This document shows positions 42,027 to 50,850 of a stretch of 64,000 nt of DNA, one piece after another (the stretch's first letter is position 1; each line of letters begins with the position of its first letter). The translations under genes were made by a program, and so were the position numbers. The stretch is from assembly GCA_963839705.1 (NCBI GenBank), contig CAWIWL010000013.1:453950-517949 (forward strand), in the 5' to 3' direction. The stretch is from an uncultured Acidobacteriota bacterium. GTDB lineage: Bacteria; Acidobacteriota; Vicinamibacteria; Vicinamibacterales; 2-12-FULL-66-21. Under the pieces are notes generated by a model that was not told the origin of the DNA, searched no databases, and worked only from the letters and a program-made list of their open reading frames with translations.

Positions 42027-42107
42027 GGGACACTCAACCGTGACAGTCCCCGGGGACATTCAACCGTGACAGTCCCCGGGGACATTCAACCGTGACAGTC
42101 CCCGACT
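42027..42107. promoter_or_regulatory. Three tandem 26-bp units, each carrying the palindrome GTCCCCGGGGAC, in a divergent promoter region
   Basis: CAACCGTGACAGTCCCCGGGGACATT starts at 42035, 42061 and 42087 (the last copy is truncated). The extended imperfect palindrome is TGACAGTCCCC/GGGGACATTCA. Lies between gene starts at 41985(-) and 42230(+). Confidence 0.5.
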
Positions 42108-42229
42108 TACCCGCGGCCGGGGGCGGACGGCGGGTGTTCGGAGTCGACCACTGTGGCTGCGCATTCAACGGGTTTGCGTTCATTTCGTCCGGATTTTCGG
42201 GGCACACGGGTTGCACTACACTGACCCCG

Positions 42230-44777
42230 ATGTTTCCTATGCTCTCTGATGCGCTTCAGGACGTTCGCTTCGGGCTTCGGCTGCTGCGGCGAAGTCCGGT
42301 GTTCACGACGGTCGCGGTCGCGTCGCTCGCGCTCGGCATTGGCGGGGCGGCGGCGGTGTTCTCGCTGCTCAACGCGATCGTGCTTCGCAGCCTCCCTGTG
42401 GCCGAACCCGATCGGCTCTTCGTCGCCGAGCGACATCGCCCCGACGAGATGTCGCCGCGGTTCTCATGGCCCGAGGCCATCCGGCTTCGCGACGAACTGG
42501 CCGGACGTTCTGAGCTTGCCGCCGCGAGCTCGATCGCCGCCGTCCAGCTCCGTCCGTCTCGCGCATCCGCGACCTCCGCCGAGCGCGGGTCGGTTCAGCT
42601 CGTCTCCGGCGAGTACTTCGACGTGCTCCGCCAGCGAGCCCACTCCGGCCGCCTCCTGACCCTCGACGACAACCGCGTGCTCGACGGTCACCCGGTCGCC
42701 GTCGTCAGCTACGGCTACTGGCAACGCAGCCTCGCCGGTGCATCCGATGCGATCGGTCAGACGCTCGCCATCAACGGTGCGCCATTCACCATCGTCGGCG
42801 TGACTGCTCCAGAGTTCTTCGGCACGACGGTGTCGATGCGAGGCGCCGACGCCTGGGTGCCGCTGATGATGCAGTCGACAATTCGCTACGGCGGGAACGC
42901 CAGCTCGCACGACGACGGCGACACCCGGAAGCCATGGCCGCCGCAGGAAAACATCGAGTGGCTGAACCTGTTCGCGCGCGTACCAACGGCCACCGAGCAG
43001 ACGTCGATTGCCGCGGCGCTGACCGTTCGCCACCATGCCTACGTTTCCGCGCGGCGCGGCGCTGACGCCAGCTACGCCGCGCAGCTGCGCGCCGAACGCA
43101 TCGTGCTCGCCCCGGCCGGCCGCGGCTTGTCCTCGCTCCGCAGTCAGGCCTCGACCGTGCTCTACGTCCTGCTCGCGATGATGGTCATCCTGCTCTTGAT
43201 CGCCAGCGGCAACGTCGCCAGCCTGCTCGTGGCGCGGGCGACTTCGCGCGAGCGCGAAATTGCCGTGCGCCTGTCGCTTGGCGCCGGGCGGGTCCGGCTC
43301 ATCCGTCAGCTCCTCGTCGAGAGCCTCCTGCTCGGTCTTGGCGGAGGCGCGGTGGGGCTCGGGTTCGCGGTGTGGGGCCGCGACCTCCTGCTCGGACTCT
43401 TTGCGAGCGGCCAGGCGTCGCTCATCACGCTCGACACCGGACTCGACTGGCGGGTGCTGGCCTTCTCGGCCGGCATGTCGCTCATGACGGGGCTGGCCTG
43501 CGGACTGCTGCCCGCCTTGCGCGGCACACGTGTGCCCGTCTCGGAGTCGCTCAAGCTCCAGACGCGCGCGGTGGGGCTGGTCAGCCGCCGGACGCTCCTC
43601 GCCGGCCGCGCGCTCGTCGCGGCGCAGATGGCGTTCTGTCTGCTCCTGCTCATCGTCGCCGGCCTGTTCGTGAGGAGCCTGCGCGTGCTGACGACTTCCG
43701 AGATCGGATTCGATCGCCAGCACCTGCTGGGCGCGCGGCTCGACGTGCGAAGCCTCGGGTACTCCGCCGGGCAGCGGCAGGTGCTCTACACGCGCTTGCT
43801 CGACCGCGTGCGGGCACTGCCGGGCGTGCAGTCGGCCAGCCTGTCGATGAACGGTCCCGTGATGGGATCCTCGCAGATCAGCGGCTTCAGCATCGAGGGC
43901 TACACGCCACGAACGGGCGAGCGGATGTCGACGAACGAGGAGATTGTCACCGAGGACTACTTCTCGACCGTCGGCCTGAAGATCGTCCGTGGCCGGACGT
44001 TCGGCTCGGGCGATCGCGGCGAAAGCTCCAAAGCCACGCTGATCAACGAAACGATGGCGCGCCGTTTCTTTCCGGGCCAAGACCCGATTGGCAAGCGCTG
44101 GGCCTACGATGCCAACTCGGTCAGCACGCCCGACGCCTTCGTCGTCGTCGGCGTCGTGGAGGACGCGAAGTATAGGGACTTGAAGGCCGCCATTCCAACG
44201 ATGACCTACCACTTGTCGGGACCGGCAGAGGACGCCGTGCTGAGCGATCTCGAGGTGCGCACGTCGGGCGCGCCCGAAGCGCTCGTGCCGACACTCCGAC
44301 AGGTGCTCGCCGAAGCCGAGCCAAACCTGCCGGTGTTCGACATTCTGCCGATCGAGCAGCGCGTCGCACGGGCGCTTTCGCAGGACGCGGTCGTCGCGCA
44401 GCTGACGACGGTGTTCAGCGGCATTTCGCTCCTGCTCGCCTGCCTCGGCCTCTACGGGACGATTTCCTACGGCGTCAACCAGCGCGTCGCCGAGCTCGGG
44501 CTGCGGATTGCCCTGGGAGCGGATCGGCGTCAGGGTCCTCTGGCTCGTGATGCGCGAAGCGCTGGTGCTCGTTGCCGTCGGAAGCGTCGTCGGATTCTCG
44601 CTGGCCTACCTGGCGGCTCGCAGCCTGGGTACCGTGCTGTACGGCATCGGTCCGGCCGATCCACTGGCCTACGGAATCGGCACGGCGCTGCTCTTGAGTG
44701 TCGGCCTCGTCGCCGCCTATCTCCCCGCGTTCCGCGCGTCTCGCATCGAACCGATGCGCGCGCTCGCGGGCGGCTGA
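42230..44777 (+). pseudogene. Duplicated orphan MacB/FtsX-type permease (ADOP-like), paralogue 3, with a +1 frame break at GGG 44533-44535
   Basis: Starts at MFPMLSDALQDVRFGLRLLRRSPVFTTVAVASLALGIGGAAAVFSLLNAIV and is intact to ...ELGLRIALGADRRQ. The final FtsX helices (VLWLVMREALVLVAVGSVVGFSLAYLAARSL...YLPAFRASRIEPMRALAGG*) are in the frame of ORF 44508..44777. Confidence 0.8.
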
Positions 44778-44791
44778 TCGTTATTCACAGT

Positions 44792-44942
44792 CGTCCGGCT
44801 AAAGCCGGACACTACGACTGCCACAAAGCCAGCCGCACTGCGACTGACGCAAGTCCCGGCATTCGTAGTGTCCGGCTTTAGCCGGACCGTGCGACTGATC
44901 GCGAATCCCGGCATTCGTAGTGTCCGGCTTTAGCCGGACCGT
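44792..44942. repeat. Cluster of three GTAG-hairpin REP-like elements, including a 2x ~52-bp tandem unit
   Basis: GTCCGGCTAAAGCCGGACACTACG (44792-815, reverse orientation). GCGACTGA.CGC.A.TCCCGGCATTCGTAGTGTCCGGCTTTAGCCGGACCGT then occurs twice in tandem (about 44839-44890 and 44890-44942). Confidence 0.85.
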
Positions 44943-45046
44943 GGGATTACTCTACAGCCCCGCTTCAAAGCCCGTCCGCAGTGCACTGGTACAGTCGATG
45001 CACCTCTTGTCATGGTGGGTATCTGATCACCTAGGAGGGTGTACTG

Positions 45047-45598
45047 ATGACTCGAAAGAAACTCGTGGGCTTCTTCGGCGTAATTGCCGTGGCCGCAGCG
45101 ATGACGGCGGCGTGCGCGCAGTCGGATGCCGGCATCACCACAGCAGTAAAGTCAAAATTTGCCGCGGACGACACGGTCAAGGCCTACCAGATCAATGTCG
45201 ACACCAAGGACAAAATTGTGACACTCAAGGGCGAAGTTGACTCGGCCGCTGCCAGAGACAAGGCCGTCGAAATTGCCCGCGCCACGGATGGCGTTCGCGA
45301 CGTCGTCAATGTGCTCGTGGTTACTCCGGCGACGGCGCCGACGAGCGGTGTCGCCGAGCGCGAGAAAGACACTGGCAACTTGACCGGCGATCCTTTGATC
45401 ACGGCGACTGTGAAAACGAAGATGCTGGCGGATGCGACGGTCAGCGGGTTGAAGATTAACGTCGACACCACGGACGGCGTGGTCAGCCTGACCGGCGACG
45501 TCACGTCGACCATCGAGAAGCGTCGCGCGCTCGAAATCGCACGGGAGACCGACGGCGTGAAGTCGGTCAAGGATGAACTGAAGATCATCAAGAAGTAA
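45047..45598 (+). CDS. Two-BON-domain lipoprotein (OsmY-like)
   Basis: Lipobox AAMTAAC, with two repeats of the pattern I.V.T.DG.VTL.G.V.S......A..IAR.T.GV..V...L. Lower-GC gene with AGGAGGG upstream. Confidence 0.8.
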   Translation: MTRKKLVGFFGVIAVAAAMTAACAQSDAGITTAVKSKFAADDTVKAYQINVDTKDKIVTLKGEVDSAAARDKAVEIARATDGVRDVVNVLVVTPATAPTSGVAEREKDTGNLTGDPLITATVKTKMLADATVSGLKINVDTTDGVVSLTGDVTSTIEKRRALEIARETDGVKSVKDELKIIKK

Positions 45599-45652
45599 CC
45601 GATCGTCACGAAGTAACCGATCGTCAGCAGTAACGCCTCAGGTGCGTGGAGT

Positions 45653-47005
45653 CTACCGTTCCGTGTTCGCGGTTGCCGGACGGTAGACTCGGCGCAATTT
45701 CGAGCCCAGCCAGACGAGCCCCGCGAAAACGACCAGGACCGTCAGCCACCTGACAGCGCTCGCCAGCCCGGCAGTGGTCATCGACGGCCAATCGAATCGC
45801 GAGAGATCGCGTCCGCGATCGATCATCCAGTGCCACGCCGTGTGGGCAACGATCGCCGAGATCAGGATCGTGCCCATCCGTTCGGCGACCACGTAGCGGA
45901 ATATCAACTGCAGCGCCGGCACCAGGACGATGAGAACCAGGAGCTGACCGAGCTCGACCCCGACGTTAAACGCGACGAGCGACGTCAGCACGTGCGAGCC
46001 GGCGAACTGCATCGTCTGCCGCAGCGCGAACGAGAACCCGAACCCGTGCACCAGGCCGAACGCCAGCGCGATGATCCAGCGGCTTTGACGGAGATACTCG
46101 GATCCTGCGATGTTCTCGAGCGCCATGTAGACGATCGACGCGGCGATTGCCGTCTCGATGAGCGGCGGGAACCACAGCGCGTCGGGTGCGAGGTCGAATG
46201 CCGAGGCGATGAGCGTGATCGAGTGGGCGATGGTGAAGGCCGTCACCACGAGCACCAGCGGCCGCAAGCGGCGGAACGGAATGACCAGGCAGAGCAGGAA
46301 CAGAAGATGATCGGTGCCGTCGAGAATGTGGAAGAAGCCCAGCTCGACGAAGCGCCAGGCGGCCTGATGCCAGCGCGGATCCAGTCTGACCATCCCCGGA
46401 TCCCCTGCCAGCTCGAACGCCCGCTCGACTCCGTCGGGCGAGCGAAAGCGCAGCGTGGTCACCACGCGGATGCCGAGCCTCGCGAACGCGGGGCGGATCG
46501 AGAACTCCGATCGATCCGACAGGATCGTGTACTCGAAGAGGACGTCCATCAGGCCCTGGTTCCAGACGAGCGCCGTATTCGTTGCGAGCGGCGGTCCGGT
46601 CGTGTGCGCGAGCGCTGTGTCGTACGACGCAAACGACCGATCGGAGGGCAGTGAGATCTGCGTGGCGACGATGCGCGGCGCATCCAGGCGGGTTCCGCCT
46701 TCGTAAAGCGTGATGCTGTCGGCGATCCACAATGTTGCGGCCTGACGGACGGCCGTCTCCGCTCGCGTGAAGTCGATATTATTCTCGTCGCGCGTCGGGA
46801 ACAGGATGTCCCGCATGGCGGCGATCGGCGCGCGCACGAGCAGGTGCAGCCGCTGCCCCTCGGGCCGCAGGAAGGCGTGGACGGTCACGTCGTTCGGGAT
46901 TTCGTGCGCGCGCGGCCGGCTCGGCAGAGCTAGCACGACGACCGCCGTGGTGACGATGAAGAGTGCCGCGAGGCCGCGAGCCTCCGGCCGTCGGTCGATC
47001 GCCAT
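45653..47005 (-). CDS. HupE/UreJ-family membrane protein with a ~220-aa N-terminal extracytoplasmic extension
   Basis: The C-terminal half has GFFHILDGTDHLLFLLCLV...AFTIAHSITL...GLVHGFGFS...NVGVELGQL, a HupE/UreJ-type pattern. The N-terminus has a signal-anchor followed by a soluble domain. Confidence 0.75.
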   Translation of the reverse strand: MAIDRRPEARGLAALFIVTTAVVVLALPSRPRAHEIPNDVTVHAFLRPEGQRLHLLVRAPIAAMRDILFPTRDENNIDFTRAETAVRQAATLWIADSITLYEGGTRLDAPRIVATQISLPSDRSFASYDTALAHTTGPPLATNTALVWNQGLMDVLFEYTILSDRSEFSIRPAFARLGIRVVTTLRFRSPDGVERAFELAGDPGMVRLDPRWHQAAWRFVELGFFHILDGTDHLLFLLCLVIPFRRLRPLVLVVTAFTIAHSITLIASAFDLAPDALWFPPLIETAIAASIVYMALENIAGSEYLRQSRWIIALAFGLVHGFGFSFALRQTMQFAGSHVLTSLVAFNVGVELGQLLVLIVLVPALQLIFRYVVAERMGTILISAIVAHTAWHWMIDRGRDLSRFDWPSMTTAGLASAVRWLTVLVVFAGLVWLGSKLRRVYRPATANTER

Positions 47006-47073
47006 TCGGCGCAGTGTATACTGGCGGCCAATTGGGGGGAATCCTCAACCGTTCGCATTCGATCACCTTGGCG

Positions 47074-48234
47074 ATGCGTATGAATCGAAGCGCTCTCACC
47101 GCGGCCGTGGCCGTTGCCGCGATCGTCTTCACCGTTTCGGGCCACGCCTGGCAAACCTCGTCTCCCCGCCTCCAGGTCGACCCGCTCTGGCCGAAGCCCC
47201 TGCCGAATCACTGGCTCTTCGGCTCGATCACAGGGGTTGCGGTCGACTCGCAGGACCATGTCTGGGTCGTCCACCGTGGCGCCGCCTCGCTCAACGCGCG
47301 AACGGAGATGAGCGCGGCGACGAACCCGCCGACGGCCGATGAATGCTGTCATCCAGCGCCGCCTGTGCTCGAGTTCGATCAGTCCGGCGCATTGGTCGGC
47401 CACTGGGGCGGGCCGGGCGCGGGCTACGAGTGGCCGCGGTCGCCGGGCGGGATTGCGGTCGATGCTCAGGGCAACGTCTGGATCGCGGCGGCTGGCATTA
47501 CCGAGACTGCCGGCGCTCGCGGCCGTGGCGCCGAGCCTTCCGCTGCTCCGCCCGAGGACGCACACGTCCTGAAGTTCTCGCGGGCGGGGAAGTTCTTGCT
47601 ACAGATTGGGCAGGCGGGGAAGCCTGGCGGCAACGACAGCAAGACCGGATTGCACCGCCCCATGGCCATCGATGTGGACACCGCCGCGAACGAAGTCTAT
47701 GTAGCCGACGGTTTCGGCAACCGGCGCATCGTCGTCTTTGACGCGACGACGGGAGCCTACAAGCGTCACTGGGGCGCGTACGGCGCCGCTCCGGCCGAGG
47801 CCGAGCCGGGTCCGTACAATCCGAGCGCGCCGCCCTCGAAGCAGTTTCGAACCGTCAGCTGCGTCAAGGTCTCGAGCGACGGGCATGTCTACGTCTGCGA
47901 CCGCCTCAATAACCGTATTCAGGTGTTCCGCAAGAACGGCACGTTCGTGAAGGAAACGTCCGTATCGAAGACGACGACCGGCGAGGGCTCGGTGTGGGAT
48001 CTCGCGTTCTCCAGGGATCCACAACAGCGGTTCCTGTTCGTGGCCGACGGCCAGGATCAAAAGGTGTTCGTCCTCGACCGCGACAAGCTCGCGAGCGTGT
48101 CGAGCTTCGGCGGCGGGGGACGGTGGCCGGGCGGATTCTACGGCGTCGGCAGCGTCGCTGTCGACTCGAAGGGCAACGTCTACACGGGAGAGAACTTCGA
48201 AGGCAAGCGCCTGCAGAAGTTCGTCAATAGATGA
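47074..48234 (+). CDS. Secreted NHL-repeat six-bladed beta-propeller protein (peptidylglycine alpha-amidating lyase-like), paralogue 1
   Basis: Signal peptide, then VDPLWPKPLPNHWLFG...DSQDHVWVVHR...ECCHPAPPVLEFDQSGALVGHWGG. Repeated blade motifs of the form ..VYVADG.GN.RI.VFD and G..V.D..NNRIQVF. Confidence 0.65.
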   Translation: MRMNRSALTAAVAVAAIVFTVSGHAWQTSSPRLQVDPLWPKPLPNHWLFGSITGVAVDSQDHVWVVHRGAASLNARTEMSAATNPPTADECCHPAPPVLEFDQSGALVGHWGGPGAGYEWPRSPGGIAVDAQGNVWIAAAGITETAGARGRGAEPSAAPPEDAHVLKFSRAGKFLLQIGQAGKPGGNDSKTGLHRPMAIDVDTAANEVYVADGFGNRRIVVFDATTGAYKRHWGAYGAAPAEAEPGPYNPSAPPSKQFRTVSCVKVSSDGHVYVCDRLNNRIQVFRKNGTFVKETSVSKTTTGEGSVWDLAFSRDPQQRFLFVADGQDQKVFVLDRDKLASVSSFGGGGRWPGGFYGVGSVAVDSKGNVYTGENFEGKRLQKFVNR

Positions 48235-49415
48235 TCGAGCGACGTGATCTGCTGATCGGGTCGGCGTTTCTGGTATCCATCATCGGGCTTGGCACGGCGT
48301 CGCATGTGCTCGAGCGCGTGGCCGATGCGCAGGATCGCAGTGCGCTCCAGGCGCCGCGCTTCGAGGTCGACCCGCTCTGGCCGAAGCCCTTGCCCAACAA
48401 CTGGCTGCTCGGTCAGGTGATTGGCCTTGGCATCGACTCCCAGGATCACGTGTGGATCGTGCACCGCGTCGACTCGCTCTCCGCAACGGAAGCTGCCGCC
48501 GACCAGAACCCGCCGACCGGGTCGTGCTGCTCGAAGGCGCCGCCCGTGCTCGAGTTCGATCCCGCCGGCAATCTCGTCGGACACTGGGGCGGCCCCGCCG
48601 AGGGCTACGAGTGGCCGACGTCGAACCACGGCATCTTCATCGACCACAAGAACAACGTGTGGATTGGCGGCAACGGCGACAAAGACGCGCACGTCCTGAA
48701 GTTCACGAGGAACGGCAAGCTCCTCATGCAGATCGGGCGGCAGGGCAAGCGCGTCGGCAGCCACGATCTCGAGAACTTCGGCCGCGTCGCGAAGATCTTC
48801 GTCGACGCGAAGACCAACGAGGCGTACATCGCCGACGGCTACCAGAACAAGCGCGTAGTCGTCATCGACGCCGACAGCGGGAAGTTCAAGCGCTACTGGG
48901 GCGCCTACGGGAACAAGCCGGACGACACCGACCTCGGCCGCTACGATCCGAAGGCGCCGCCCGCGCAGCAGTTCCGGACGCCGGTGCACTGCGCCGATCT
49001 GTCGAACGACGGGCTGCTCTACGTCTGCGATCGGCCGAACGATCGCGTTCAGGTGTTCAAGGCCGACGGCACGTTCGTCAAGGAAACCTTCGTCGCGCGC
49101 AACACGCTCGGCGACGGGTCGACCTGGGACGTCGCCTTCTCCAAGGATCCGCAGCAGAAGTATCTCTATCTGGCCGATGGCAAGAACGAGAAGGTCTACG
49201 TCATCGAGCGCGACACGATGCAGATTCTGACGAGCTTCGGCGACGGCGGACGCCAACCCGGCCAGTTCTTCGCGGTGCATAGCATCGCGACCGATTCCAA
49301 GGGCAACCTGTTCACTACCGAAACCTACGAGGGACGACGGCTGCAGAAGTTTGTCTACAAGGGGCTGGCTCCCGTCACCAAGATGGATCAGGGCACCGTC
49401 TGGCCCGCGAGGTAA
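48231..49415 (+). CDS. NHL-repeat beta-propeller protein, paralogue 2 (Tat-like N-terminus)
   Basis: Collinear with the upstream gene (VDPLWPKPLPNNWLLG...SCCSKAPPVLEFDPAGNLVGHWGG...). The start overlaps the upstream stop (ATGA). N-terminus is MIERRDLLIGSAFLV. Confidence 0.65.
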   Translation: MIERRDLLIGSAFLVSIIGLGTASHVLERVADAQDRSALQAPRFEVDPLWPKPLPNNWLLGQVIGLGIDSQDHVWIVHRVDSLSATEAAADQNPPTGSCCSKAPPVLEFDPAGNLVGHWGGPAEGYEWPTSNHGIFIDHKNNVWIGGNGDKDAHVLKFTRNGKLLMQIGRQGKRVGSHDLENFGRVAKIFVDAKTNEAYIADGYQNKRVVVIDADSGKFKRYWGAYGNKPDDTDLGRYDPKAPPAQQFRTPVHCADLSNDGLLYVCDRPNDRVQVFKADGTFVKETFVARNTLGDGSTWDVAFSKDPQQKYLYLADGKNEKVYVIERDTMQILTSFGDGGRQPGQFFAVHSIATDSKGNLFTTETYEGRRLQKFVYKGLAPVTKMDQGTVWPAR

Positions 49416-49539
49416 GGCACCTGAACGGCCCTCCGCGGCCGACCTGACGATGCGGCGCCGGCTGAGGTGAATCGTTGCCCGCGCAAAGGCGGGGGAAGCA
49501 TCGTATCCTCGACAGATCCTGCTCTACGGAGCGACTCTG

Positions 49540-50808
49540 ATGCCTATTGAAATCAAGATCAACAACTCGCTGAATCCGAACGCGCGTTACATCACGTACG
49601 CCCCGTCACCCTGTCAGATCCGTCAGACACCGTCGAGTAGTGCATTGACGGTGAAGCTGACGAGCAAGGCGGCGAAAACCGGAGGAGGCGTCGCCGTCTT
49701 CTACGCGAATCGGGTGGTGGGAGCCCAACCGGCCGCGACCCTGACCGTGACGCTTCCGGCGAACGGGACCTGGGTGGACTTCGGGCTGGCGGGGAAGCAG
49801 GGCAAACCGAGCGTCGACGATCTCGATTGCCTGCTGATTGCGACTGCGACCGGCGGCGGCGCGAGTCTGACGGTTCCGTTGATGGTGCGTGTCCGCAAGA
49901 ACGCCAACAAGCTCAAAGCCCGCGAGCGAGACCGGTTTCTTCTCGCGCTGGCAAAGCTCAACAGCGTCACCCCGGTGCCCAGCACGTACCAGACGTTGCG
50001 CAACATGCACGTGGACGCCGCCGATCCCGAGGAGCACGCGGGACCGCATTTCCTGCCCTGGCACAGATCGTATCTGCTTGACCTCGAACGTGGGCTGCAG
50101 GCGATCGATCCGTCAGTGTCCATGCACTACTGGCGTTTCGACCAGAAGGCACCCAAGGTGTTTCACAAGCTCTTCATGGGCGAAACGAAGCGGTTGCCTC
50201 TCTCGGCTGATTTCGTTCTTCTTGACCCTGACAATCCGTTGGTGGGGTGGGTCACCGACTCCGAGCCGGGCATCCTCCGGGCGTCAGTCTTCAATACGAA
50301 GACGGAGGCCGCTCCAGGTTTTCCGGGCTTTGAGCTGCTCAACCAGGCCCAGACCCTGGCCCTTGGGCCGAACTACCCCGCATTCCGTGTAATGGAGGGC
50401 ACGCCCCATGGGGCCGCGCACGTCTCGTTCAACGGGTGGATCTCTGACATCCCGACCGCGCCGAAGGATCCGCTGTTCTTCATGCTGCATGCCAACGTGG
50501 ATCGCCTTTGGGCGTTGTGGCAGTGGATGAATGATCGCACCAATCCCGACGATCCAAATACTTACACCGGGCAAAATATCGATGGCCGGCGAGTGAACGA
50601 TACGATGTGGCCGTGGAACGGAGTGATCACGCTGCCTCGTCCGAACTTCGCACCGGGTAGCGGACTTCCAGGTTCGCCGCTGACACCGACACCCGGTGTC
50701 AAGCCAACCATCCGCAACATGATCGACTACCACGGGAGCAGGGTCGCGCTACCCTTGGATTGGCTTGGTTTCAGCTACGACGACGTTCCCTTCGAATTCA
50801 ACCCGTAA
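49540..50808 (+). CDS. Tyrosinase-family type-3 copper protein with a ~130-aa N-terminal beta-rich extension and no signal peptide
   Basis: CuA region HVDAADPEEHAGPHFLPWHRSYLLDLERGL. CuB region GTPHGAAHVSF...DPLFFMLHANVDRLWALWQ. The gene is visibly lower in GC. Confidence 0.85.
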   Translation: MPIEIKINNSLNPNARYITYAPSPCQIRQTPSSSALTVKLTSKAAKTGGGVAVFYANRVVGAQPAATLTVTLPANGTWVDFGLAGKQGKPSVDDLDCLLIATATGGGASLTVPLMVRVRKNANKLKARERDRFLLALAKLNSVTPVPSTYQTLRNMHVDAADPEEHAGPHFLPWHRSYLLDLERGLQAIDPSVSMHYWRFDQKAPKVFHKLFMGETKRLPLSADFVLLDPDNPLVGWVTDSEPGILRASVFNTKTEAAPGFPGFELLNQAQTLALGPNYPAFRVMEGTPHGAAHVSFNGWISDIPTAPKDPLFFMLHANVDRLWALWQWMNDRTNPDDPNTYTGQNIDGRRVNDTMWPWNGVITLPRPNFAPGSGLPGSPLTPTPGVKPTIRNMIDYHGSRVALPLDWLGFSYDDVPFEFNP

Positions 50809-50850
50809 GGGCTCAAAGAGAAACCTCCCGTAAGGGCCAAAGAGGGAGTT

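Noticed and set aside
42027-42107. CRISPR array hypothesis for the tandem repeats here and at 44839-44942 and 32761-32820
   Set aside because: The units are directly abutting (26, 52 and 30 bp periods) with no unique spacers. There are only 2-3 copies and no cas genes in the window.
42464-44212. 582-aa minus-strand ORF; also 6479-7471(+), 8267-9349(-), 15826-16995(-), 17689-18693(+), 19739-20779(-), 28620-29609(+), 37946-38899(-), 41047-42069(+) and 48180-49280(-)
   Set aside because: Each lies antisense to a gene with strong family signatures and has low-complexity Arg/Gly/Asp-rich translations. They are high-GC shadow frames.
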